Positions 15,639-28,662 of a stretch of DNA of 64,000 nucleotides are shown piece by piece. The position numbers and the translations under genes were made by a program. Position 1 is the stretch's first letter. Each line of letters starts with the position of its first letter. The DNA is from Syncephalis fuscata S228 (taxonomy: Eukaryota; Fungi; Zoopagomycota), in contig JAHLTZ010000031.1 of the NCBI GenBank assembly GCA_025786725.1, positions 62,001 to 126,000 on the forward strand, read 5' to 3'. Below the pieces are notes generated by a model, which saw nothing but the letters and a program-made list of their open reading frames with translations, searched no databases and was not told where the DNA came from.

Positions 15639-16652
15639 ATGGCTGAAGAAGAAGGGTCAATTTACGGCAAGCTCACCTCAGTCGATTATCTTGCTGCCAA
15701 TAATGGTACTATAACCGATATACGAGCACGATTTCATGGTGTTAGAACACAGATAGTACTTGTAATGATAATGTTTGTTATTTTTGCATCCAATACAATT
15801 AAATCGTTTAGCTTGGTTGCCAAACGGCCAAATCAGGTTGCGCCGTGGTGCTGCTTTATAGCAGCGTTGATGGGAGTCATCTACTTGGCCGGATTTACCA
15901 TACCTTCCAATCTACCCGGCGGGCCAAGCTGCAAAACAGTTATTGATGCGGCCTCTGTGTGTCTTACGATTGCCATTATGGCTACAAACACGCTACTACT
16001 TGAGCGGGCATATCTAGCTCATCGATGCAATCGTTGGATGCTTTTTATCGGTGCCGGCCTTATCTTGACTTCTCCCGCTTTCATCATTGTATCTATAACA
16101 AAACTGGAGCCACGGTATAGTCCAGCATCTGGCTGCTACGGCCATTATCCCGACTATTATCCCTATGTGCGTCTTGCCGTTGATGTTCCTGCCAATATTG
16201 TATTTTCTATTTCATTCACCATTGTTATTTATCAGCAGTACCAGCGATTCGGCGATCAGTGCTGGAAACAATTAGCAAAAGAAGGCATTACCACTATGAT
16301 GCTGGTAATTTTATCTAATTTCTTATGTACCATTGGTAATGTGATTCAAGTATTTCACGAAGCAAGCGATGCACTTTTTATTCTAGACTGGTAAGTACAT
16401 AAAATGCGCATAAGAATGCACATACATACATCTGTACATTGCATAGTTGCTCATTTACAGTATAGGGTGCTTATCTCCACATTGCTCGTTCGTAGTACGT
16501 GCAGAATCAATACGCTAAAGGAGGAATCCAACACTAGCAATCATGTTAAGCCAAAAAGCCCAACAAGCCCGACGACATGGCAGTCCATGGGATTCTCCTC
16601 AAAGACGAGTCTCTGCTTTGGCACTATGCACATCAACAACTGTCAGCGCTAA
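15639..16652 (+). CDS. Orphan seven-transmembrane, GPCR-like protein (paralog A); intron 16391-16465
   Basis: Seven hydrophobic segments. LPGGPSC precedes TM3, LLLERAY ends TM3, GC lies in the TM4-TM5 loop, followed by CWKQLAKEGITTM and DW split by an intron. The tail is Ser/Thr-rich. Architecture and intron position match the paralogs at 17047 and 22388. Confidence 0.75.
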
Positions 16653-17046
16653 AGGCCTTAACTTTACAACATCCCATGCGTCACTACATGTATTTCATCG
16701 CTGATTTTACAAGCTTTTCTTTTTTTATTAAACAAATTACATCTCGTTTTAACGATTCATGGCTTTACAGTAAACTATATAAATTCAAAGATGTCACAGG
16801 TATTTTGACTGGCAGATAACACATGCATATGATCTAGCTATAACGCCTCAAGGCAAGCCAGTTTCTCGCCGCAAAGGCAGTGCGGTCATACATGTGGTGT
16901 TTCCTTCAAAAAGCGTGGCCATCACGGGTATGACCATGAAGCTTGCTTTGTAGTCATTTTGATTTACGCTAGTTCTTACAAAAGTTACGAATGTTTTTTT
17001 GTCTACTGCATTTTTATCATTTATTGCATTCTTTTACTGTTTGAGT

Positions 17047-18029
17047 ATGGTCGCACCATATGAACAGTTAGCAGATTTTAATGGATTTGATTATTGGGCA
17101 AATTTCCACTACAGCAGCATCAAAGAAATCCAAGAACACACTAGAGGCGTCCATATCCAACTTATATTCTCTGTGTTTTTAACTGCAGCTGTTTTCAAAA
17201 ACATTTGTCATATTACGCCACTACTGATTCAATATCCGTATAAGTTGGCCGGCTGGTATTGTATGATTGTCATGCTGATGGAATTTATAAGCACTGGAGG
17301 TATCATAATACTACATCATCTACCCAGAGGCCTATCGTGCAAAGTGGTTATATGGAGTGCTCTTATACTAGTACTTGTAGCAAACTTTGCGCTCAACATG
17401 GTAGTATTGGAACGTGCCTACCTTGCATGCCAACGAAATCAAAAAGTACTTATAGCTGGATTAATACTAAACGCAGCGCCAGTAATTGCACACACTACTG
17501 TTGCTATTATTACACGTAACTATAGTTTTAACGCAGAATATGGCTGTCACACTCGACAGCGAGCCTTTATGTATTATATGCGAATTATATTTGATCTTCC
17601 CTTGAATATATTGTTTTCATTGGCTTTTATTATAGCTATTCATCACTATGTTCAAAAGTCAGGTGCTCGATCCTAAAGACACCTAGAACGAAAAGGTATT
17701 ATTGTTATGCTGTCGGTGACTGTCGCAAATATTACCGCTATTATATTGGTTGCCTTTGAAGTGCTTGGACCGCTTTCAGTTATAATGTATAAAGTAGAGT
17801 GGTAGGTAGTGCTTTGCTATGATCCCATAAATTGCTTAGCACATCAATTATTAGGGTAGTTATTTCGTATTTATTAGTGGAAAGTACGATGCGATTCGGA
17901 AAAACCGTTAATAAATCTTCAGCCATTATCGGACGTAACAGCAAATTGCCCAATCAGTCCAACTCGGCAGCTTCATTGGTGCTTACGAAAGAAGAAACTA
18001 AAAACAGATGGGCTGGATTTTTTAACTAA
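17047..18029 (+). pseudogene. Orphan 7-TM GPCR-like paralog B with an in-frame TAA at 17674-17676; intron 17802-17854
   Basis: Shares HIQL, HHLPRGLSC, VVLERAY and YGC. TAA replaces the Trp of the family CW motif, and the frame continues (RHLERKGIIVML...EW|intron|VVISYLLVES) to 18029. Confidence 0.7.
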
Positions 18030-19862
18030 TACTTTATTCCAGCACGTTATTTCATTAGCAATTGTTTACTTGCACCCTATTGCTCAATATAGCTATTTAT
18101 CTTAAAAATGCATAAATGATATGTATAAAACTATTGACAACTATTTGTCAATTTTCATAATCTTTTATAGAGCTATTAAGTTGCCGTCTACCCATATACT
18201 TTTTATTTCCAATACTGCATTTAACCATTTAGTTTTATCATGACGTTGTTATATATTATTTCATTTATTAGTTAATAATCTTTTTGTAAACATTAGATAA
18301 TTTATTAGTTACTCAGTGTGACTTTGTGCTAAATAAATAAATTTTATAACATTTGTACAATTGAACTAGGCATTCATTTTATTGAGCATGAGGTTAATGG
18401 CGAGCAATATTAATGATTTAGTGGTTAAATGACTATTAATCTGTTCTATGATGCACCGACATGTTGGGTAGATTGACTTTTATTATTTCATATTGCATTT
18501 ATTAAGCAATTAAACTCGGCTGTTTATAAATATTGACTGACAGGCTCACATCTCACAATCTACGTCATCACATTTCCCTTTCTCTTTCTTTACACTTGAC
18601 AACATATATCCATTGCATATACTTGTACACTCCATATACACCATCTAAATAGTGTTAGTAGTTGACTGACTACTAGTCAAGTACAAACACCTTTTACACT
18701 ATGTCCTTGCATTGCTCTTTTGTAATCTGACCTTTTTTGCAAATCACTTTCATTGCTCTGATCATTAAAGTTAACAACTTCTTTGACAAGATAAGTGCAT
18801 TTATAGTTTGTTTTATGTTATGCTATATATATATGCTATGAAATCTCGTTTTGTACTCTGTTTTTGTTATGAATTATTGGAAATCTATAGCAAACCAAGA
18901 CATGCAACAGATTTAGCAGAATATAGCCATCACAGCCAACAGGTACTGCTGCTACACATATATAGCAGCAACAGTATAGAAAGCACTGCTAGCATAGTAG
19001 TTGAACAAAAATATTTAGCATCAGTATAGCAGTGTAATCTACTATTGTTGCTACTACTTTTTTTGTCTATTATGCTATATAAATTTAAAGTCAAGATGTT
19101 AATATCACCGCTTGTATTCATGCTATTATATTTTGATTCAAATAATAAACGGCTTTAAAAAAAATTAAGTTTAATACATACTAGCAAGATAAATAATAAA
19201 TGCTGCCATGTAATTACCATACTCATGTTCTACATTTTATTTATTAAGTATATCAATTTATATCGCTACTATGCATATTAAAAAGCACAACTTGTTGCAT
19301 ACATGTTTATTCTATTGCCGTAGCATGCCATTTTACTTTTTTAAGCAATTTAGACAATAATGATAGCATAATAAATTATAATATATCGATATTTGGTGAT
19401 GATAACTAGTTAGTCATTTTCAGGCCGTACAACACTGACGATTGCAGCATATCAATAGCAAATAATTTATAAGTAGTTTAATAAACAATAAAAACAATAA
19501 AATAGGCCAATAATAATCAGGATGATAAATCTATTATTTTATAATCTTCTCCATTTACTATTAATGCTGCGTTTCTTGTGTTAAATGTGTCATTTAGTAA
19601 TAAAGGTTGTCTAATCAGAGTGCAAATTTTACAAGAATATTTCGATATTCACATGTTTCGTACAGATAATTTGAGTTTGTTATGCCCAGTTTTCTAGTAC
19701 GCTTTGGATTCATTAGGTCTACTGCTATAAATGTGTCGTCATCTTCAGATCTATAAAGAACAAATCCACCAACACATGCTATAGAAATTTTAACATAAAA
19801 AGATATATATAGCAGGCGAGGATTTTCAAGCGCTAAATTTAAAGTTTCTACATCGATGTGTG

Positions 19863-21161
19863 CTAGTATAACACCATCGATTGAGCTGTGAACCGTCCAT
19901 CCTCTTTCAGATATAACAAAATTCGATTAGAACCAAATAGCGGCACTGTACCATAAAGACCATCGTTACGTGTCCAAATGGGCTTTGCGTCTTTAATGCA
20001 ATCGTTTGAGTGGCTGCATTCCGTCGAAATCATGGCCAAGCGTATTTCGTCTTTCATATGCTCTTTCAGCATTTCGACATTAAGTGGAGAAGTATGTTCG
20101 ACTAAAACGCGGTTATCATCCAGTTTTTTAACAATGATTTTAAAGTCTTTGAGTACATTAAAGCAAATTTCTCCTTGCATTAGACAGCGCGGACCATATC
20201 CTAGATGACAATTTGAGAACTCCCACACCTTCCATCTGAGTGCAGTTGTGGTATCCAAGTGATGTAATGATCTGATAAATACAGTTGCTGCTTCTTCAGT
20301 AGCTCTTAATAAAAAGGCTTTTCCTTCATGATTTGTAATAGTACCCATGCTTCTTTGACCGTTAGCAAGATCAAAAACACGGGTTTTTTCTAACACAATA
20401 TATTTATCCTTTTCTTTAACTGCTGGTTCTAAATAATTCACCATCATCCAGCGGCCACGAATGCTTGCATTATTGCATAAACAGGAAAATTGACGCGGCC
20501 GCATGGTTGAGACTCGATTCACTGTCCAGATGGAAATGATACATGGCTCCACGTTAGTAAAATCTGCGTTATTTTTTTGTTTAGTAATAGTTACTACAAA
20601 TCTGTCTGATATTAGACATTGGTTTGCGTAATATTTATAGTCCACACCATTCCAAAATAATTTACACAAGCGCCAAAACCGCTTAGTAAATACTTCTTCT
20701 ATTGGTTGGCATTGCTCAGCAATGAAACATTTCCGCGGTTCAGTATGATGATAAACAATTCGTTGCAATATAATAGAACGTGTGTTATCTGGTTCTTCTT
20801 CTGTTAAATCCTTAACTGGATATGGTGTGCTTTTGAGCCAATTTGCATCAGTGGCACGCCGATAGCAAAATGCACGAAACCATTCAATATGCTGATTGCT
20901 CAATTGAGTAATGCTAACTGTTTTCTTGGTTTGTAATGCCAACAGTTTCGATGCACGCACTGTCTTCACATACCAGGCTAGCCATTTTATTTCGTTGCCA
21001 TCAGCAAGATTGTAATACTGCCTATATCGCTGATGCCAGAGATTATTATGTTGGCTAACGCAATACCGCAGCCATTTACTGCAACATGAAAGCAGAACAA
21101 GTGAATTACTGTCAGAAAATGCGGCAACACGTCCAATAACAAGTATAGGAATATGATCCAT
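19863..21161 (-). CDS. F-box-like protein, lineage-specific type; C-terminus probably extends toward ~19.4 kb through frameshifts
   Basis: The N-terminus MDHIPILVIGRVAAF..LVLLSCCSKWLRYCVSQHNNLWHQRY fits the F-box pattern (L-P..I, L...CK.L, LW). It is followed by W..AF.YRRATDANW and a beta-strand-rich region. A shifted frame near 19920 continues plausibly (GWTVHSSIDGVILAHID). Confidence 0.6.
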   Translation of the reverse strand: MDHIPILVIGRVAAFSDSNSLVLLSCCSKWLRYCVSQHNNLWHQRYRQYYNLADGNEIKWLAWYVKTVRASKLLALQTKKTVSITQLSNQHIEWFRAFCYRRATDANWLKSTPYPVKDLTEEEPDNTRSIILQRIVYHHTEPRKCFIAEQCQPIEEVFTKRFWRLCKLFWNGVDYKYYANQCLISDRFVVTITKQKNNADFTNVEPCIISIWTVNRVSTMRPRQFSCLCNNASIRGRWMMVNYLEPAVKEKDKYIVLEKTRVFDLANGQRSMGTITNHEGKAFLLRATEEAATVFIRSLHHLDTTTALRWKVWEFSNCHLGYGPRCLMQGEICFNVLKDFKIIVKKLDDNRVLVEHTSPLNVEMLKEHMKDEIRLAMISTECSHSNDCIKDAKPIWTRNDGLYGTVPLFGSNRILLYLKEDGRFTAQSMVLY

Positions 21162-21865
21162 TGTGCATAAGCAAATAAGGCAAAAAAAGGGACAGTAGTT
21201 AAATTGTCGAAAGCTACTTTATCGATAATACTTTGCTAAAAGATAAAGGATCATAACGCGTAGTTACAATGAACATAGGCTAGACGCGTATTTTGATTAT
21301 ATATATTGTGCGACCTTCAAAGGCCATCAAGCCTTTGAACTAACGCTTCATTTATAATAGAATCACCATGTTCACACCTTGCATTCTATATATCATGACA
21401 ATGGCACTCTATCATATAGGCTTATTTATCCATTATATTGCTTATCTGCATATCATCTACTAATTACATATCATTAGTAAAATTTGTTTATTCTCAACTG
21501 TATTTATCATAGATATCGACTTATTTCACTACCATGCACATTGCAACCTCATCATCGGTATTTGCATACTGCCAATTGCGCAATTATAACATTCTGTACT
21601 ATTTCTTTTTTATTGAATATATGGTGTTAATAAAAAAGGCAAAATCAAAATCTACAACTGAAAAGTAATGTTTATTTATTAACCATTGCACATTGATTAG
21701 CGTATATTATTGACATAAATCAATCGATCAATCTAATACTATTGCTATTTTCTTTAATAAATAGCTAGTGAATATTTAGTAATAGACTTAAAATAGGGAT
21801 TACTATACAATAAAAAACCATCGTATAGATCTCTCATACTAATGTGGTGTTATTTAGTTGTTTAT

Positions 21866-22025
21866 TATTTTATTAGTGAAAAGTATGACACGATTTGGAA
21901 AACCTGTATCAAGTCCTCAGTCATTGTCGGACGTAACAGTAGATTTCTGAACAGTCTAGGCCGGTAGTTTCATTGATACCTCGATAGAAGAAACTACAAA
22001 CGCATGAACCGAATGTTTTAATTAG
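21866..22025 (+). pseudogene. Decayed fragment of the last exon of a 7-TM family gene
   Basis: ttattagtgaaaagtatgacacgatttggaaaa...tcggacgtaacag...agaagaaactacaaac aligns by eye with 17871-18027 of paralog B, but with indels and stops. Confidence 0.7.
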
Positions 22026-22387
22026 CATTTTATTTCATTAGTAATCGTTTTATTTATTGTGCATATAAGTGGCGTTTATGAATTGGAACAATTGCTTATT
22101 GGATCTCATGCTCATTTATAGAATTATTGTGTCATTGGTTGATGCCGATTGTTCGCGCAAAAAGCATGGTGCTTTCATTTTCCGGTTTCAATGATGTTAT
22201 TGCAGTCCCATGTTACACGTATGTCGAATACAAGGCGGGTTTTCTAATTAGCAGCCCTCATAGACAACAAAGGACGAACAGCCCAGCCGCTTGTGCTCCA
22301 TAAATAAAAAGAGATGGTACCCTAAAACGAGACATGTCTTTTTCGATTATAGTATTTGTCAGTTTATTATACTTATTGCTTACAGGC

Positions 22388-23370
22388 ATGGCAGATATCG
22401 ATAAAGAACCCGACATTAATTCATTCGAGTATTGGGCAAATCGGGGCGATCATAGCATTGCAGCAATTCAAGCACGCTCTATCGGTGTACATATCCAGCT
22501 TGTAATCTGCGTAGTATTAATATGGGCATTTGCTCGTAATGTATATCGTGTCTCATCAAACTTGCTAAAAAGCAATGTTAAGCTTGCCTCATGGTGCTGC
22601 TTGGCATCATCATTGTCTGGGTTGATTTCTTTTGGCATTGTATCTATACTGCACCATCTGCCAGGCGGGCCTTCATGCCGGGCACTTATTGCGTGCTGTA
22701 CATTAGGCATGGCATTGTCAAACTTTGCCATCAACGCCATTTTACTTGAACGTGCCTACATAGTACGCCAACGAAGTCGTTGGATACTCGTTATAGGCAT
22801 AATACTTAATGCTATTCAACTAATTACATATGGACTAATATTTTTTGTTGAACTCAAATATGAATATCGCCCCTCTGTGGGTTGTTATGTGAAATTTCCT
22901 TTGTATGGTCCTTATACTCGTTTCTTGGTCGATACACCTCCCGTTCTAGTACCTTCAATAGTATTTATTATGAGTATTTACCAACAGTTTCGACGATTTA
23001 AAAGCGGATGCTGGAGACGATTAATGAAAAACGGGATTATAACTATGATGCTAGTCATCATATCCAATCTATTATTTGCAGTATTGCTGATCACTGATGT
23101 ACTTGACGATTTATCAATGGTACTCTACCCATTTGATTGGTAAGTAAACAGCCGATTATAATTGTTACATGGCTAATATCATTTATTATTAGGATTATTA
23201 CTTCTACCATACTGGTGGAAAACACTATCCGTATTTATAGCTCTGGGCAAGTCTCATCTAACAGTACAGAAACAAGACAAAAGGCAGCTGAACAAGCAAT
23301 TTCTGCACCATTATCTCTTGAATTATTGACAGGCGGCATTACAACTCACATGCCCAGCCACATTATTTAA
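22388..23370 (+). CDS. Orphan 7-TM GPCR-like protein (paralog C); alternative upstream ATG at 22334; intron 23140-23192
   Basis: FEYWAN, GVHIQL, KLASWCC, HHLPGGPSC, ILLERAY, SVGCY, RFLVDTP, IYQQFRRFKSGCWRRLMKNGIITM, and FDW followed by the family intron; seven hydrophobic helices. Confidence 0.75.
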
Positions 23371-23989
23371 TTAAAAACACAAAGCTATTGTACTTTGACA
23401 CCCATATTGTTATTTACTCATTCCACCCCTTCACTTTTAAACACGATTAAACACTCATCCATCATTATTCTATGTGCATTTTAACATATATAATACTGCA
23501 TCCAACATCAGTTAATTTATGTGTAATTATCAACACAAGAACGTAATTAATTAGTTATCTTTATTATTGCTTTAATATATATATATTGTCATTATGATAT
23601 TAATTGTTCAAATGCTATTTATTTAGTCAGATTGGCTATAGTGAGAAGTGGTTGTTTAATAAACTACATTTATAATAACTATATTAATATTAATTTTATA
23701 TCATAGATATGCTTAAAATGCAATAGTAGAATGTTAGAAAATAGAAGAGACCATTCAGATGCAATAATTTATATTGTATGTAGATGCAATAATAACAAAT
23801 GCAAATGACATGGAATTGCGATCAATGGTTTCTAGTAATATTCGACCAATCTTTCTACACATGGTCAACAATAACAATAATTGGCTTCGTGAGTTTTAAA
23901 AAAAATCAAATAGTATGTTATATTCTTTATTTAAAACAATTTATTAACATAACAAATATAGCTCCGTTCATATTCGTATTATTTGTTCT

Positions 23990-24810
23990 ATCAATATAAC
24001 TCAGTGAACAAACTAAGTGCGATATGTCAATATTTATTGATAAAAAAACTGGAGCCATACCGACAGCGGTTATAGACAGCGTATAGTTAATATATAATAA
24101 GACAATAATCATTATAATGAATAGGCAATATCGAACGAGATTAGCAATATTAAAGTTATTAAGCATATATGCGTAAGCAATGAACGGAATTAGTTGACAT
24201 TTATTAGTAATAAAGCTAGAACAAAAATAAAAGCAATTTTGGATAGAGAAAGGCTAGGTGAACATAAAATGATACATAAAATGACAAATGTACGGTAAGA
24301 TAGCATATAAAATAATGTTAAAGTTATAGTACATACAACGCAATGAATGGAATGAGTGAAGTGTAATGGAACATATAAACAATAGAATGTGTCTAGTATA
24401 TCATATAATGATATAAATGAATAGAGTATATATGCATATTAGATATGTGCATATTAGATAATGAAGCTATGCTGATGAGTATTTAATAATTGATGTCACT
24501 CACCACCCATCATTATGTTCAATAGACTGAGTATGTAGTTCAATTACGCGAATGTTATTAAAAATGGTCACATAATTCCCAAAGCACAATAAATGACTAG
24601 TAAGTTGTTTAATGCAAAATAAATACTTTATTTAATTAATAAATGAGATGGTATATACAATATTCTAATACAATCCATAAATTGAATGGCATTATACATG
24701 TAAAGACTATGAGCAAATTGAAATACAGATGAGAAAGTTATTCAAGTGGTGGAATAAAAGAAAGAATAAAAAGCAAATATATTTATAGAACAAGATCAAC
24801 AGTAAAATAA
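23990..24810 (+). repeat. Diverged copy of the AT-rich dispersed repeat family, possibly a non-autonomous transposon
   Basis: Colinear similarity to ~46250-47060, e.g. gttattaagcatatatgc.taagcaat, gagaaaggctaggtga.cataaaatgata, tgatgtca.tcaccaccca, tttaattaataaatgagatg, tcaagtggtggaa. No coding capacity recognised. Confidence 0.75.
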
Positions 24811-25117
24811 GAGGGATGAATATCAATGCATAAACAAATGTCATTATCGTAGAACATGATATTATAATTGACAGCTAAACTTTAAGCGTTAGATTCAGTA
24901 TGTAAGCAACAATGTTTATTAAATGCTAAATAAAATACTTGTAAACATATTTATTTTAAATTACGCCTTTGTATATATGATTAAATATTAATTCATCAAG
25001 AAGAAAGAAAAAGAGTTAACAAAAAAGATTAGTGTAAATGGTTATACCCAACACATAATCTGAGTAAAATAAATGTTTAATATTATTGCTAATGCAGTGT
25101 TCTGTTACATTTAATTA

Positions 25118-25257
25118 ATTCTATTTTATAGAAATAATAATGATATTACATTAATGTTTATTGTAAATGATGATTTAATTGTCAATTATTTAGATCATTA
25201 CAATGGATTGCGTAAAATGATTTACTGCGCTGAATAGAGGAATCCAAATAATACCAA
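25118..25257 (+). repeat. ~140 bp repeat module ending ~97 bp upstream of the STB6-like ATG
   Basis: Matches 33349-33500 (ttctattttat.gaaat.ataatg...atcatta..at.gattgc.taaaatgattta.tgcgctgaat...gaa.tcca.ataatacca). Confidence 0.7.
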
Positions 25258-25353
25258 AAGCACTATTATAAAACTATCATCAGCGTATTAACTTGTATCG
25301 ACGATTTATACACATTTTTTCCTATTATCATTTCTACTTTTAAACCGTCACCT

Positions 25354-28258
25354 ATGACTAGCGCAACTAGCCCGCCCGCTTCCAACCATGGCAACACCCA
25401 AGCCGCTGCTGTAAACTTTGCCCTTGTAGAACGTGCCAAATACGAATCGCTGTGTCTACAACAGCCAGACCGCTTTTCCTATCTTACGTTAGATGCCACG
25501 CTTCCAGGCTACCAAGTCTATCTAGTGGAACAATGGTAAGTCAAACTTTTCGTGGCCATATGTCACTGGAGCCACGGCCCACACTACATTTCGCGACTTT
25601 TAAACATTGACGACCATTAGGGCGCTGGACCGACAACGGTTCTATAAATCGGTTTCTGTATTCACGGGAGACCAACAGCACCAGGTAATTTGCCCCTTGG
25701 CGACCAAACGCACTTGCTAATAATCGGCACGTTGTTGCTGTTATTGGCATGCTTAGGTCAAGGTGTGTGTGGGCCGCACGCAGCTAAACGAAGATTACGA
25801 ACGACTTTGTATTCAGTCGTCGGAACAGGACGCGTTTCGTATTAAAGAGGTCTGTGCATATATATGTAGACTTGTTGGATGCATATTAATTTTTATTTAC
25901 TAAATGATATAGACGTCATTAGGCCGATTTGCCTTTGCTGCTAATTTAAATCGACTAAATACAGCTTTAAATCTTTTGCCCGTGCCAGATGGCGATGTAG
26001 ATGCTGCACTTGGACGATTTGGTCTCAATGTCAATTTACGTCGATTCGGCTGTAGTGGTCGGGGAACACTTTCATTAAAAATGCCCAGGTACTCGATAAT
26101 AATGGCAATAGTTACAAGCATTTATTAGTATATCTAACTGTGTACAGTGAAGCAATAGAAGATTCATTTGAAAATCTGTATCACATTGCCGATAACATAT
26201 CGGTCTATTATGCAGTATGGGAATTGGGCCGCCTTGTGCAAATGGCGCTCTATTTGCTTGGACTGACCAGTACCTACTATGTTGACGGACTGGTATGCGA
26301 TACGACATTGGCGGCAGCAAGACGTTTTGCTAGCGAATACGGCGTAAATGAAAAAGAGGTAATGGCTTATTTGTAGACTGGAGATTATTTAATGATATTG
26401 ATTAAATATTAGTCGGGCGAGGGACCGTTAAATCCATCCAATGTGGCACTTTTGCTAAGTAAAGTAGTCAGTGCACGAAATAACTGTATCTACTGGCTAT
26501 CAAGTCGGTAAAGACCCATTTGATGACCCGGCTGCTCTACTGTCAGGCGTGAAGGCATTCCAGGTAATTAGAATAAATATTGCTGCATAGATTTGACGAC
26601 TTAGCTGTGAAATAGAAAGCAATCGACAGCACGCCAACTGGATGTCTTGACCGATCGACCTGTCGTCTACTGGATAATGCATTCTTGCAACGAGGTGCAC
26701 AAACACTCAAAGTCCATCGGGTAAATGTCTACAATGCATACACATGTTTTAATACTAATCCACAATTTTAGATGTTAAAGTTTAAATTAGATGAGAAAAA
26801 AGGTATTTATTTATTTATTATATAATTAAGTTTAGTGTGTTAATAAGAAAGCTGTTTAGGACACACCCATGCATTGGATGTAGAGACAATGGACTTGGAG
26901 CGCTTTGCCGCCACTGTCCATGGTGTTGATCGATTAAAATATCTCTGGCGTGGCAAGGGGCGTCCTTACAACTTGCCCGAAAGTATACCCGCTGATGCGG
27001 ATATGGGACGACTCGAGCATTATTTGGAGGATATGTTTTTACAAATGCCATCATTACGCGTAAGTTTTATATAGTGCATCATTAGTGTAATTTCCATAAA
27101 TGTTTTGTAGTCAACTGCTGCCACCACAAGTAAAAAGGCAGAGTTTTCACGGCCAGGTCGTCGATTAGGCATTAAAATGTAATGATTTACATATTTCTAT
27201 ATCAAATAATATACTAATGTCAGTGTTATTTAGCCCAAAAGCAAAGACGGTAACGCAACAAAGTGGACAGATCTCGCCTACTGGATTAGGCATATCCTTG
27301 CCGGGATCTACATCGGCAGCGGAAATTGGATTGTCCCTACTTAAACTTGCTCGAGCACAGTAAGGAGCAATTTAAATTAATGGATAATAGTGGGAATACT
27401 GATGGTTGATTTAGCACTGCAGAAAGTAAAGGAAAACAGTCTTATATTAGTGGCCGATCTGAACGAAAGCGTAAACGTATGCATACTCTATCTAGTTAAA
27501 CTGTTTAGCAGATTAACATTTTATTTAATAATAGATCGTAATAACAGAGAGGCTGATAAACAGGAATCAGCTCATCAATCGGTTGATATAACGTATCAGC
27601 GCAAGCAGCATGCATTGAAGTTGCAAAAATCATTTGACTGTATGTCTTCGTTACGCCATCGTGATCGCGCTACAGTGAATGCACAACGGCTACGTCGAAC
27701 AAGATCTGCATCGCCCAATACATTGGAAGATATTGTGCCTATGTAAGTAGTTGGTGTATATTATTTGTACAACATGTTAATCACGATAACTAGAGAACGA
27801 TTACGTATGGATTTCCGTGTTTATGCGCGCTTTGAGGAATATTTAGATTACGAAACACAGCTACTAATAGAAATTAAACAATTAGAGGTAGCAAAGTGTT
27901 GTAATATACGTTTTCATGCTAAATCATTAAATAGACTCTTTCACTTGAGATGGATAAACGGATTGAGCAGTTAGATGAAGTGATTGAAGAGCGATCTCAA
28001 TCCATAGCGGTAAATAGCAAATGGTATTAAATGGGATAGTATTAACTTGGATATTTATTAAAGGACATGCATGAAGCATCCCAAGAAGCATTACAAAAAC
28101 ATCAACAGGTCAATGAAGAAGTGCAGTCAACATTAATGGAGGGATCAAAACTTCAATATGAACTGGGTGTTCTTGAAGAACGATTAAAAGAAGTTGATGA
28201 TTTTATGGATGATTTTGATCAAAAGGCAAGTAATAACAACAATAACAACATAATAACA

Positions 28259-28296
<38 letters not shown>

Positions 28297-28471
28297 TGTG
28301 TATTGATAATGTTATATAATTGGTTTTTATTAAACTAATCGTTTTGTAAAGGCTGATCGACTACAATCCCGACTTCCAAAGTCCAATCCGGCTTTGCCAG
28401 CACGCTACCGGCTATTGCATCAACTATCCGGCATGGGACGCGCAAAGAATGACGGCGACCGAGACGAATGA
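25354..28471 (+). CDS. STB2/STB6 (Sin3-binding protein)-like gene; many short exons, C-terminal coiled coil
   Basis: LPGYQVYLVEQW, VFTGD, LNLLPVPDGD, FGLNVNLRRFGCSGR, AVWELGRLVQMALYLLGL, YVDGLVCDTT, EGPLNPSNVALLL, GYQVGKDPF, DVETMDLERF, RLKYLWRGK, SKLQYELGVLEERLKEVDDF. The last intron is GC-AG (28226-28351). Some internal exon boundaries are approximate. Confidence 0.72.
28230..28296. repeat. Intronic (AAT/AAC)n microsatellite
   Basis: taataacaacaataac...ataataataataataataataataac. Confidence 0.85.
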
Positions 28472-28662
28472 TTAATATTAACATTAATAACCGTAGATTA
28501 CGTGTATCAATAAACATTAATCAGCATCAGTTTACAATATATAAAATAAATTCGTATGCTTATTCAATAAAAGTGAAGATTTGGTTAATATGACAAATAG
28601 CATGAAGAAGTAATAAATCAGAAATAATAGTAATGAAGAGGTTGCAGATAAACAAAAGAGAT

